From Octopus sinensis (Eukaryota): 64,000 nt of DNA. Shown here in pieces: positions 52,110-64,000 of this stretch. The position numbers and the translations under genes were made by a program. The notes under the pieces are model-generated. The model saw only the letters and a list, made by a program, of their open reading frames with translations. It did not search any database and had not been told where the DNA came from. How positions within the stretch are numbered: position 1 is the stretch's first letter; the number at the start of each line of letters is the position of its first letter. The stretch is taken from positions 24,180,001 to 24,244,000 of the forward strand of contig NC_042998.1 in NCBI RefSeq assembly GCF_006345805.1, in the 5' to 3' direction.

Positions 52110-53699
52110 AATAATGAACATGGATTTTCAGAGGGGGAGTGTTTATCTTTTACTTGTTTCAGTCAACTGATTGTGGCCATGCTGGGGCACTGCCTTCAAC
52201 AGTTTTTAGACAAACAAATCAACTACAGGACTTATTTTTAAAGCCTGGTACTTATTCTATTGGTCTCTTTTGTCAAACCACTAAGTTACAGGAATATAAA
52301 CACACCAACACCAATTGTCAAGTGGTGGGTGGGGAACAAAGATACAAACAGACATCTCAAACAATATCTCATAATTCTCTCTAAATTTTTATGCAAGGCC
52401 AGCAACTTTAATGCTCAATTGATAATAATTTGATTGACTCTGAAAGGATGAAAGGCAAAGTTGATCTCAGAGGAATTTGAAATCAGAACAAGGCAGATGA
52501 AATGATGCCAAGCATTTTGTACAATTAATGATAATTTTGCCAACTCACTTCCTTTGATGATATCATATTATTCATATTGGAGGCTCAATGGCTCAGTGGT
52601 TAGGGCAGCAGACTCGTGGTCGGAGGATCACAGATTTGATTCCCAGACCGGGCGCTGTGTGTGTTTATTTAGCGAAAACAGCTAAAGCTCCACGAGGCTT
52701 CGGCAGGGGGTGGTAGCGTCCTCTGTCGTACTCTTTCACCCCAACTTTCTCTCACTCCTTCTTCCTTCTTCTTGAGTAATGCTGTGATGGACTGGTGTCC
52801 CGGCCAGCTGGGGGGAACACATATGCCATAGAAACCGGGAAAACTGGACCCATGAGCCTGGTTAGGCTTGAAAAGGGCGCATAAATAAAAAAAAATATTC
52901 ATATTATTCAAAAACGATCATCATCATCATCCTTTTCATTTAACATCTGTCTTCCATGCCAGCATGGACTGGATGGTTTGACCAGAGCTGGCGAGGCTGG
53001 AGAGCTGCACCAGGCTCCAACTGTCTATTTTGGCATGGTTTCTGCTGCTGGATGCCCTTCCTAATGCCAACCACTTTATGGTATGCACTGGGTGCTGTTT
53101 ACATGGCACCGGCACAAGTGCTAAAACTAACAGCAAATATGTTACATGGTTTCAAATATTTTATTTAAAAAAAAAAATCAATACTTTCTCTCAACTCTCA
53201 TCGTCTCCTCATCGTCACAATGCCCCAAAGAAGGCTTCACCACTACACTGACACACAGGCTTCTTTATTGAATCGAAATCGGAATTGAAATCGAAATCAA
53301 ATTCGATGACTGGCACCCGTGCTAGTGGAGCTCTGAAAGTACCATATGAGTGAGATCGTTGCCAGAGCAACAAGCTGGCCTCTGTGCTGGTGGCACGTGA
53401 AAAACATTCAAAGCGAGGTTGTTGCCAGTGTCACTGGACTAGCTCCTGTGCAGGTGGCACATAAAAAGCACCATTTGAGTGTGGCCATTGCCAGTACTGC
53501 CTGACTGGCCCTCGTCCCGGTGGCATGTAAAAGCACCCACTACACTCTTGGAGTGGTTGGCGTTAGGAAGGGCATCCAGCTGTAGAAACTCTACCAGATC
53601 AGATTGGAGTCTGGTGCAGCCATCTGGTTCGCCAGTCATCAGACAAATCGTCCAACCCATGCCAGCATGGAAAGTGGACATTAAACGATGATGATGATG

Positions 53700-53731
<32 letters not shown>

Positions 53732-54457
53732 CATGTAATTTGATGAGAAAAGCTGCAAATAATTGTGAAAATGAGTCATCTAACTAATTGAATAATGGAG
53801 AAAACTTCAAAAATTTTATCTTTCCATAATCGTTGATGCTATCCCTCTCCATAATTTTAATTGGTGTATCTTGTCTTAGTATACTAATTGCATTTTCAAT
53901 GGTAGATGGATACTAAGTGTTTGGAGGAAGTTTATCAAATAGACATTCAAATTATGGAGCTGTTGGACTTCCATATGTCATCGTAGTCATTGTTTTAATG
54001 TCAACTTTTAGATGCTTGCATGAATCAGACGGAATTTGTTGAAGAAGATTTTCAACAGTCAGAAGCTCTGCCTTTTGTCAACCGTCACCTGTTTCCAAGC
54101 AAAGAAATATTTCTGCATGGCTGCAGTATTTTTCATGGAAGATTGGGAATGACTGACACTACAGGTAAGTCCATGTTGTACATTTATTAGCGTCCGTTAT
54201 TACTCACAAGATAAGGAGACACAAATACACACACACACACAAAATCAAGCATGCGAAAGTGGACAATAAAACAATGATTATAATGATGATATTGAGATGA
54301 TGACGATGATGATGATGATGATGATGTATATGATTTTATACACCCGTGTCTTTCTTTTCTCTTTCTTTCTTTCTTTCTTTCTCTCTCTCTCTTTTTCTCT
54401 CCCCTCTTCTTTCTCCCGCTCTCTCTCATATACACAATTAGCTATATTCTGCTGCAG

Positions 54458-54787
54458 GTACATGGCTCAGTGGTTAGAGCATCGAGCTTATGATCGCGAG
54501 GTTGTGAGTTTGAATCCCGGACCGGGCTGCATGTTGTGTTCTTGAGCAAGACACTTTATTTCACGTTGCTCCAGTTCACTCAGCTGTAGAAATGAGTTGC
54601 GACGTCACAGGTGCCAAGCTGTATCGGCCGTTGCCTTTCCCTTCGGTAACACTGGTGGCATGGAGAGGGGAGGCCGGTATGCATGGGTGACTGCTGGTCT
54701 TCCATAAACAACCTTGCCCGGACTTGTGCATGGGAGGGTAACTTTCTAGGTGCAATACCATGGTCAGTCATGACCGAAGGGGGTCTC
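54458..54787 (+). mobile_element. tRNA-headed SINE (family D, CORE/V-like central block)
   Basis: TGGCTCAGTGG A box and GTTTGAATCCC B box, then gtgttcttgagcaagacactttatttcacgttgctccag. The same central block occurs at ~36730-37050 and ~46025-46265. Confidence 0.75.
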
Positions 54788-54952
54788 AGCATCAGCTCAG
54801 CTGCAGGAGACCACCCACTCATAGTGTTACCAATTTCAGAACAATGAAGAAATTCTGACATAAGTCTAAAAGAAAGGAAGTCTATAAACCTGGAAGAATC
54901 ACTTGCATTCCAAGAGTTGGAAGTTGTGAAGAATGATGCCTTACTGCCAGAG

Positions 54953-55695
54953 CAGTGTTTCTAATCATTTACGTATTTACAGACTTCTTTGATTCCTAAC
55001 TACTCAACTGGACCCTCACACCCATTCACTGATCAAAAATTGCTCATTTACTCTTTTATTCTTTTACTTGTGGCCATGCTGGAGCACAGCCTTTAATCGA
55101 GAAAATCGACCCCATGACTTATTCTTTGTATGCCTAGTACTTATTCTATTGGTCACTTTTGCCGAACCACTAAGTTGCAGGGACGTAAACACACCAGCAT
55201 CGGTTGTCAAGGGATGTTGGGGGGACAAACTAACACACAAACATATACACACACACATGCATATATATATATAATATATACGATGGGCTTCTTTCAGTTT
55301 CCGTCTACCAAATCCACTCACAAGGCTTTGGTCGGCCCGAGGCTGTAGTAGAGGACACTTGCCCAAGGTGTCACGCAGTGGGACTGAATCTGGGACCATG
55401 TGGTTCATAAGCAAGCTACTTACCACACAGCCACTCCTATGCCAAATATTATTATTCAGGTCACTGCCTGGAATCGAACAAAGAATCTTGGGGTTAGTAG
55501 CCAGCGGTCTTAACCACTACGCCATATGCCTTTGGATTATATTTTTATAATTAAATATCATTAAAAAATAAATAAAAAGATTTTAAAAGTATTTTGTGTA
55601 TTACATTGTATAATCAATTTATAGAACAAAAATTTTAACAACAAAGTCTTAGGGAGACCTTTAAGGGTCATACGGACCCTAGCCGAGAACCACTG
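54953..55695. mobile_element. Degenerate hAT-like MITE interrupted by two SINEs
   Basis: CAGTGTTTCT ... GAGAACCACTG termini; the flanking 8-mers TGCCAGAG and TGTTTGAG match at 5 of 8 positions. Confidence 0.4.
55448..55530 (-). mobile_element. Solo tRNA(Ser)-like head with (TAA)n tail
   Basis: GGCATATGGCGTAGTGGTTAAGACCGCTGGCTACTAACCCCAAGATTCTTTGTTCGATTCCAGGCAGTGACCTGAATAATAATA has intact A and B boxes. It is the same head as in 13333-13980; a fragment lies at 44893-44938. Confidence 0.75.
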
Positions 55696-56418
55696 TGTTT
55701 GAGTGAATCGCAACAGCGTGAGTTCAATGTCTTTTACTTGCTACATAGCTAAAATCTCATGAACGATATACAAACAACCAAACTTTCATTTAGACACATC
55801 TCCCTGATTCACCAAACCATCAGAGTCATCAAATTCAAATCTGTAAATTTGAGGAATTCTATTATAATAATTATAAATATTCTCGTTCATTTATGTCATT
55901 TGACTGTCAGAATATTTGAAGCATTTTGGAATAAACAAGCTTTATTAATAGGATGAAGAACTAAAGAATGCATAGAAACTTTGAAAGGTGTTTATCGACT
56001 GTTTTGAATCAAACTTGTGCCAACTAGAAGCATTAGTAACTTGAATAATTGCCCAGGTTGTCACTCGTTAAAGGTAGCACTGTCATGCTTATTGAAGCTT
56101 CTGTATACATTGATAACAATATGAATGTAAAATATTTATACGCATAAAATATAGATATATGTATGTTTGTATATAGATAAAGATATATATAAATAGATAC
56201 ATACATACATATATATACACTTATACATATATATATACATACACACACACATATATATATACATATATATATGTATATGTATATATATATATGTATATAT
56301 ATGTATATATATATGTATAAATATGTATATAAATATACGTATATATATGTATATATGTGTATGTATATCTATATGTATATGTATATCTGTGTGTATATAT
56401 ATATATATACATATACAT

Positions 56419-56463
<45 letters not shown>

Positions 56464-57219
56464 CGTATACACAAACATACTCATAAATAAATTATATATA
56501 TATATATTTGTATGTATATATCTATATAGCTATATCTCATATATATATATATAAAACACGTGCACACACACAAACACAAACACATACATATGTACATATG
56601 TATATGAATATATATGTGTATGTATATTTATTTTTATATATATACATGTATGGATGGTGCATGGGTGTATGTATATTCATGGTGAATATGAATACATACT
56701 CAATACATGTATATAAGTAAGTATATGCTGAAGTAAATAAACCTGTGGATATTTCCCAATAAAATTAATTTTCTTGCTGTATACACAATTCTCTTTCAAT
56801 ATAGTCTATTGACAGACAGATATAACTGCTTTTCCTGTTATGAAAATGCTGAAGTTTAGCTTGCCTGAAGCTCCAGTAATTCTAAGGCTGACTTTCAATA
56901 TAATTAAGATATTGTGATGTGGAAGAAAAAAAAGTCAGATAGCCAATATACATGACAAATGACTGTTCACCCTTCAAAATAGCTATTTTTTTACTACCCA
57001 CAAGGGGCTAAGCACAGAGAGGACAAACGGATTAAATCGATTATATCGACCAGGGCATAACTGGTACTTAATTTATCGACCCTGAAAGGATGAAAGGTAT
57101 CTTAACTACAATTTCCATTTGATTTTCATTTTGATGTTGGTGTTAACGCATTTGACTCAATAGGTCTCCTCAAGAACAGCGGGTCACTCTACAATCCAAG
57201 GTTAGCACAGCAGGCCGTC

Positions 57220-57510
57220 CTGTGAGCCATGAACTCACTTCATTTGTCAGGTCTTCGAAGCCACAGCATATCTCCAGAGGTCTCGGTCTTTCGTCATAGC
57301 TTCTGTAAGGCTCAACATATGAAGGTCATGCCTGTCTCATGTCTTCCTGGGTCTACATCTACCCCGCATTCTTTCAACTGTTTGGGAGGGGCACTTCTTC
57401 ACACATCTCTCCTCATCCATCCATAGTACATGACCATACCAACGCAAACGTCTCTCCTGCACACTGCATCCGATGCTTCGTATGCCCAACATTTCTCTCA
57501 GGGTGCTTAC
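57220..57510 (-). pseudogene. RTE LINE C-terminal fragment
   Basis: SVSTLREMLGIRSIGCSVQERRLRWYGHVLWMDEERCVKKC...TEAMTKDRDLWRYAV matches the 17134 ORF. Confidence 0.85.
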
Positions 57511-57589
57511 ACTCTTTGCTATATTTAAAATTAATTGAAAGAAACACAGAGCATCTCAACAGAAATATGGTAACAAAAGGGTTAAAACG

Positions 57590-57919
57590 ATGATAATGGT
57601 GATCATGATGGCAGTGGTGATGATGGTGATGTCAATGAGGATGATGATGATGATGATGATAATGATGACCACGATGATTATGATGATGACGATGGTGATG
57701 ATGATGATGGTGATGATGATGATGGTGATGATGGCAATGATGGTTATAATGATGATGATGATGATGACAACAATGATTATGATGATGATGGCAATGATGA
57801 TTATGATGGTGATAATGATAATGATAGTGATGTCAATGAGGATGATGATGATGATGATGATGATGATAACGATGACAACGATGATTATGATAATGATGGT
57901 GATGATGGCAATGATGGTT

Positions 57920-57952
<33 letters not shown>

Positions 57953-58030
57953 GCAATGATGATTATGATGGGGATGATGATAATGATGATGGTTATGATC
58001 ATGATGATGATGATGATGTTGACAATGATT
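57590..58030. repeat. Compound (GAT)n/(GGT)/(AAT) trinucleotide tract
   Basis: Direct inspection; explains the poly-I/M/H ORFs. Confidence 0.95.
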
Positions 58031-58921
58031 TAATTTTGCATGCTTGAACATCAATCAGACATATTTGAAAATTTGAAAATTCCTATTATTTTGGCTGAAT
58101 GATTTCTGTCTTGATTAGACTCGAAAATTATTATTGGGTTCCTCGGAAATATTTCTGTTATTATTAAAGACTTTGAAACATAACTCAGTGAATTAAGAAG
58201 TTGATATTTTGTACTTCAAAGATTTGAAAATCTATGAAATATATCTGAAATTAACTAGAAAGATTACAGTTTATATATATATATGGCCTTCGGGTCATCA
58301 ATCTTAGTCAACTTTAACTAACACTGCTATTTGAATTATTTCGGCTTGTTAACATACACACGTGTATCTTCACAGAAAACCGCCAATCTATTATTCTAAG
58401 TGTTAATTAACAGCTGAGAACCTAATGACAATTGTGTTGGTTTAAGAATTCACATATACAGAACTTAGCAAAAACAAGAACAAATATAGAATGATAACAA
58501 ATTTCACCTGCATTAATTCTAATTAGATTTTCATATGTATTTCGCTTTCTTGCATCTTGAGTGCTCCAGCATCCCATCATCTCCACCACCTCCATCTTAT
58601 ATCCAGCTATCCCACCAACCGTTATATAATGTGCATGGTAGCCTTTCTATCGCATCCGTTGCAAGCTACCTGAGCTTGTCTGTCTTTCACACTTAAACCT
58701 CTCAACTCCTGCCACAGAACCATTGCTTTCTCCTCCTTTTGCATTTCATCCTTTCCAAGATCAAGAAATAAGTACCGGTTATGTGTTTTAATGGCCCCTT
58801 GCCCCAAGTTTTGGGCCTTGCGCCTGTGGTGGAGAGGATTATTGTTGTTGTTGTTGCTGTTGTTGTTGTTGTTGTTCTTCTTCTTCTTCTTCTTCTTCTT
58901 CTTCTCATTATTATTATTATT

Positions 58922-59280
58922 ATTCTATGTTTGACTTTTGCTTTATATTTGTACAAGTTGGCTCCAAGTTTCAACAAAAGACCTCAAGAGACAACAGGTT
59001 GGAAGTTCATGTTGTTGTTATGCCTAGTGTGCCATATATTTGGGTTTTTTTTTGGTGTTGTCAACCCCCCCGCAAAAAAAAATTATGTTTGTTTTAAACC
59101 CTGAGATTACATAGAAAGTATTTTGCGTAGGATATGAGCAGTTCCCATGAGCACTATCTTTTGAATTTCTGCCATTTTTGGATTTCCTGGTATCTGAGTT
59201 AGGTAGCAATCAGCCCCTTTCGCTATCATTCCCAGGGCACCTATGACAACAGGTATTGTTTTAGTTTTCAGGTTCCACAT
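58922..59280 (-). mobile_element. Short 5'-truncated R4/Dong-type retrotransposon (second subfamily)
   Basis: MWNLKTKTIPVVIGALGMIAKGADCYLTQIPGNPKMAEIQKIVLMGTAHILRKILSM* plus its own 3' UTR ending AAACATAGAATAATAAT. Confidence 0.8.
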
Positions 59281-59327
59281 TATTATTATTATTATTATTT
59301 TTCCACATTATTATTATTATTATTATT

Positions 59328-60772
59328 CAGTAGTTTTATTTTTATAGCGTGCTTTCACTTCACTACCGAGCGCAGCTCTGTGTGCCTTGGGTATGTGCTG
59401 TGATTTGTTGTGATGCTCTGATGGTTATTGTATGGAAAGTGTTCTGTGTAGGATGTGTGCAGTGCCTAGTAGTGCAATTTTCTGTATGTTATATGTGTTT
59501 GTAAGTCCTGGTGTTTTTGTTATGTATTTGTCTGAATATTTTTTTATCATGCCTAATGCACCTACTATGATAGGAATTGTTTCTGTTTTCAGATTCCACA
59601 TTCTAGTTACCTCTATTTCCAGGTCTTTGTATTTTGAGAGTTTCTCCATTTCTTTTAGAGACACGTCATCAGCCGGTATTGATACATCAATTAGAAAGCA
59701 TTTTTTTTCTTCATGGTCTCTGACAACTATATCTGGTCTGTTGGCCTTAATTTCTCTATCTGTGTGTATCGGCATATCCCAGAGTACGGTTGCTTTCTCG
59801 TTTTCTGTGACCTTTTCTGGTGTGTGCCTATACCATCTTTTTTCTGTTGTTATTCCATAATGTTGGCATAGCTTCCAATGTATGTAGGTTCCAAATCTGT
59901 CATGTCTGTGAATGTATTCCTTCTTAGCCAGGACTGGGCAGCTAGAGATAATATGACTTATTGTTTCTTGTCCATCTCCACATATTCTGCAGTTACTCGT
60001 AATATTTCTTTTCATTACATGTTTTTGGTAATTTCTGGTGGGGAGGCTTTGGTCTTGTGCTGCAATTAAAAATCCCTCTGTTTCTGCTTTGAGTCCTGAG
60101 CTTCTCAACCATTGCTGGGATTTTTCTTTGTCTATTTCTTTTGCGTTTAGTTTAGTCCAGTATTTACCATGAAGGGGCTTTTCTTGTCATCGTTTTATCA
60201 TGGTTCGTTGCTGTTCTATTTTTAGTTTGGATTTCATTTGTTCTATAGCTTTTGTTGTTTCTTCATCTTCTTCTTCATGTTTATTAGGTGGTATGATTTC
60301 TTGTTTGTATTTGTCAGCTTCCTTAAATACTGAGAACAGTTTTTTGTTTTGCTCGTGTTTTGCTGCGATCTGGATCAGTTTTCCTTCCTTCTGAAGTAGA
60401 TATTTTTGCAGTCCTATGGTGGTTATTTTATAGTAGTTTTCCAGCTGTATAAGGCCTCTACCACCTTCTATACGTTGTATATATAGTCTTTCTATGTCAG
60501 ATTTTGGGTGATGCATCCTAGATCCTGTCATTATTTTTCTTGTTTTCCTATCTATTTTGGTCAGTTCATTTCGTGTCCAGTTAAGGATATTGTAGCTGTA
60601 ACTTATAACTGGGACAGCTAAAGTGTTGATACTTATTATCTTGTTTTTAGCATTGAGCTCTGTGTTTAGTATTGATCTAACTCGTCTATAATATTCTTTT
60701 TTTATTTTCTCTTTCATTTGTGTGTGTTGTGTCTTATCTAGTTCATGGATTCCTAAGTATTTGTAAGTTTGG
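59328..60772 (-). mobile_element. 5'-truncated R4/Dong-clade non-LTR retrotransposon (RT C-terminus, CCHC knuckle, restriction-like endonuclease) in (TAA)n
   Basis: YKYLG, HPKSDIERLY...GGRGL, CRICGDGQETISHIISSC, RHD, NRPDIVV...LIDV, KLSKY, PIIVGALG. The two listed ORFs are one frame broken by a single TGA at 60187-60189. (ATT)n lies on both flanks. Confidence 0.92.
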
Positions 60773-60773
60773 C

Positions 60774-60842
<69 letters not shown>

Positions 60843-60971
60843 AGTGGTGAGCTGATAGAATTGTTTCATCATTTTGAGGTTGATAAACTAAGTACCAGAT
60901 GTACTCTGGGGTTAATGTAATCAACTCATCCCCTGCCCTGAAATTACTGCCCTTGTGGCAAAATTTGAAAC

Positions 60972-61020
<49 letters not shown>

Positions 61021-61134
61021 TTCTTATACACCCAACAGATTTGACTGTTGGAAAAGAAAAAATTCTAACATCAGTCTACTACAGGTAACCCTAAGGTTAC
61101 TTGTAGTAGCCTGAACCCTCCTAGATGTTCCGTA

Positions 61135-61183
<49 letters not shown>

Positions 61184-61419
61184 GCTGCCCTTAACCTTAC
61201 TGGATCCTTTGAAACAATCCAACTCATGCCAGCATGGAAAATTAATGTTAACTGATGATGACGATGATGACGATGATGACAACAATGACGACGATGATGA
61301 TGATGGTGATGATGATGATGGTGCTGCTGCTGCTGATGATGATGTTGCTGACAATAATTATGGTTGGTGTCTTAATAATGATATATCTCTTCATCGACCA
61401 GACAGTCATATTTTCTTGC

Positions 61420-61750
61420 ACACCTCTTGGTCTCAATACACTAAGGAATGGTCCATACTGGGAATATCCTTGCAAGAACATTATCCAAAAATGAAGAAAT
61501 AATTCTAGAACGGAGCAGAATGAATGAATGATGTGATTGCGGAATACTGAAGGCACAAGATTCACTGGGCCAGACATATGTCGAGGTTCACAGACAACAA
61601 GGTGGACTTGTGCAGTTGTCGAGAAGTATGTGAGAGACTGGAAAAGACAATACGGGGGTGGACTTCCATGAATAGGGTTCGATGACATAATCAAAACGAC
61701 ATGGAAGTGAAATGGAAGTGAAGGATGCAATCAAGGGAAGAACAGAAACA
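61420..61750 (+). pseudogene. Highly degenerate RTE C-terminal fragment (different subfamily)
   Basis: SILGISLQEH...DVIAEY.RHKIHWARHMSRFTDN.WTCAVVE...RDWKR resembles the RTE WAGH..R..D.RW region. Confidence 0.55.
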
Positions 61751-61849
61751 CATTGTATAATCATTATGTGACAGTATAAAAGAAATATAGCTGTATACAT
61801 ATATACATAATATATATATATATATTATATATATATATATATATTATAT

Positions 61850-61898
<49 letters not shown>

Positions 61899-61908
61899 AT
61901 ATATAGAG

Positions 61909-61940
<32 letters not shown>

Positions 61941-62190
61941 GTAGATATAGATATATATACATATATTTGTATGTATATATGTATATATATACACACATAT
62001 ATATATATTTATATGTATATGCATATATAATATATATATACACATAAATGCATATATATATATTTATATATATACATGCATACATATATATTTATATATG
62101 TATGTATATATTTGTATGTATGTACAAATATAATATATACATACATGCATATATATATTTATATATATATTCATACATATACACACACAT

Positions 62191-62228
<38 letters not shown>

Positions 62229-62575
62229 ATATATACACACATACACACACACATATATACATACAAACATGCACATGCATTATATGTATGTATATATATA
62301 TATACACGTATATGCACAATTGATATCACCTTCAGTTTCTCATCAAAATCAATCACAAAATTTGAAGTTGTTCATGAAAAAGCAATATTTATATGAATTT
62401 CTCTCAGGAATATTGGTCTGGAAATGAATATTGAAATTTTGCAAATAGTTTAGTAATACAGAAGAAGGAAGCGTATCAATTGAATAACATCTGAAACTTC
62501 GTATATTAGAATGAGTTTTTACCTGCCTGCTCCTTCCCGTAGGCTATTTCTCTGACATTATGTATTAGATTTATA

Positions 62576-62831
62576 CAGGGTGTTCAAAAAGTCTCTCCAC
62601 AGTAAGTATTTTATTGCAAAATAGAATATTTTTTATAAGATTGTATAAGATTACAAAAGAATGTATTAGGCTTTACAAGACTTAAAAATAAAACTTTATA
62701 ATATAATAGGTGTTGAAAGTGTCGTCTTTCATTTTCAATACAGAAGTTGACTCTTCTGCACATGCTTTGAAATACATCTTGGAGAGTCAGGATGAAAAAA
62801 TTCACTGCGGAAAGACTTTTGGAACACCCTA
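62576..62831 (-). mobile_element. mariner-derived MITE (internally deleted)
   Basis: TA|CAGGGTGTTCAAAAAGTCTCTCCACAGT ... ACTGCGGAAAGACTTTTGGAACACCCTA|TA; minus strand QDVFQSMCRRVNFCIENERRHFQHLL resembles a mariner C-terminus. Confidence 0.8.
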
Positions 62832-62834
62832 TAT

Positions 62835-62897
<63 letters not shown>

Positions 62898-64000
62898 TAT
62901 ATATATATATATATATATAATATATATATGCTGCTAAATATTAATAAAAATATACATATGTAGGCACAGGAGTGGCTGTGTGGTAAGTAGCTTGCTAACC
63001 AACCACATGGTTCCGGGTTCAGTCCCACTGCGTAGCATCTTGGGCAAGTGTCTTCTGCTATAGCCCCGGGCCGACCAATGCCTTGTGAGTGGATTTGGTA
63101 GGCGGAAACTGAAAGAAGCCTGTCGTATATATGTATATATATATATTTGTGTGTGCGTGTTTGTGTGTCTGTGTTTGTCCCCCTAGCATTGCTTGACAAC
63201 CGATGCTGGTGTGTTTACGTCCCCGTCACTTAGCGGTTTGGCAAAAGAGACCGATAAAATAAGTACTGGGCTTACAAAAGAATAAGTCCTGGGGTCGAGT
63301 TGCTTGATTAAAGGCGGTGCTCCAGCATGGCCGCAGTCAAATGACTGAAACAAGTAAAAGAGATAAAAGAGAAATATGTTCATATTCTGAGTTCTATCTT
63401 ATATGCGCAGGAGTGGCTGTGTGGTAAGTAGCTTGCTCGCCGACCACATGGTTCCAGGTTCAGTCCCACTGCATGGCACTTTGGGCAAGTGTCTTCTACT
63501 ATAATCTCAGGTGGAGTAAAGCTTTGTGAGTGGATTTGGTAGATGGAAACTGAAAGAACCATGTAGTACATATACATATATATGTATGTATATGTATGTG
63601 TGTTTGTGTTTTTTCCCCCAACATTGCTTGACAAACAATGCTGGTGTGTTTACATCCTTATAACTTAGCAATTTGGCAAAAGATGCTGATACAATAAGTA
63701 CTAGGTTTACAAAGAATGTAATCTGGGGTCAATTTGCTCGACTAAAGGCAGTGCTCCAGTATGGCTACAGTCAAATGACTGAAAAGAATAAAAGAATAAA
63801 AGAATAACAATCAGGATAGTCTAATAAATTCAAAGCATAATAATGTCAAACAGAATAAAGGAACTCAGATAATAGGAAATGCTAAGAAATTAAATTTCAT
63901 TTAAAGAGAAAAAACCCAATTCAACATAAATAATAATATCAAATCGAATAAAATTTCAGCTTGAAATAGAACAATGATAAAGATATCTAAAGGACTAAAT

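Overview
AT-rich (microsatellite-saturated) animal genomic DNA with no host protein-coding exon I can support. The repeat complement (tRNA-headed SINEs with internal TA/CA tracts, RTE LINEs with (GAT)n tails) is what I associate with an octopus/coleoid cephalopod genome; this is an inference. Nearly all long ORFs in the supplied track are translated microsatellites. The recognisable coding remnants are all mobile elements: a 5'-truncated, frameshifted RTE LINE (15.4-18.2 kb) plus several RTE fragments, two R4/Dong-type RLE retrotransposons in a (TAA)n array (58.9-60.8 kb), a HERO-like 3' fragment, Tc1/mariner remnants, and piggyBac-, hAT- and mariner-type MITEs. There is also a full-length 5S rRNA pseudogene. 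The main unexplained signal is a set of minimal type I hammerhead ribozyme (HHR) motifs carried by several sequence-distinct small elements, many embedded in (TA)n. The best case is a 552-bp tandem array (28549-29991) with an HHR in each complete unit and a terminal inverted fragment, like a Penelope pLTR array or non-LTR retrozyme. A second is a 650-bp palindromic cassette (13333-13980) in which two divergent tRNA-like heads each lead into an HHR. All RNA folds were paired by eye and not computed.
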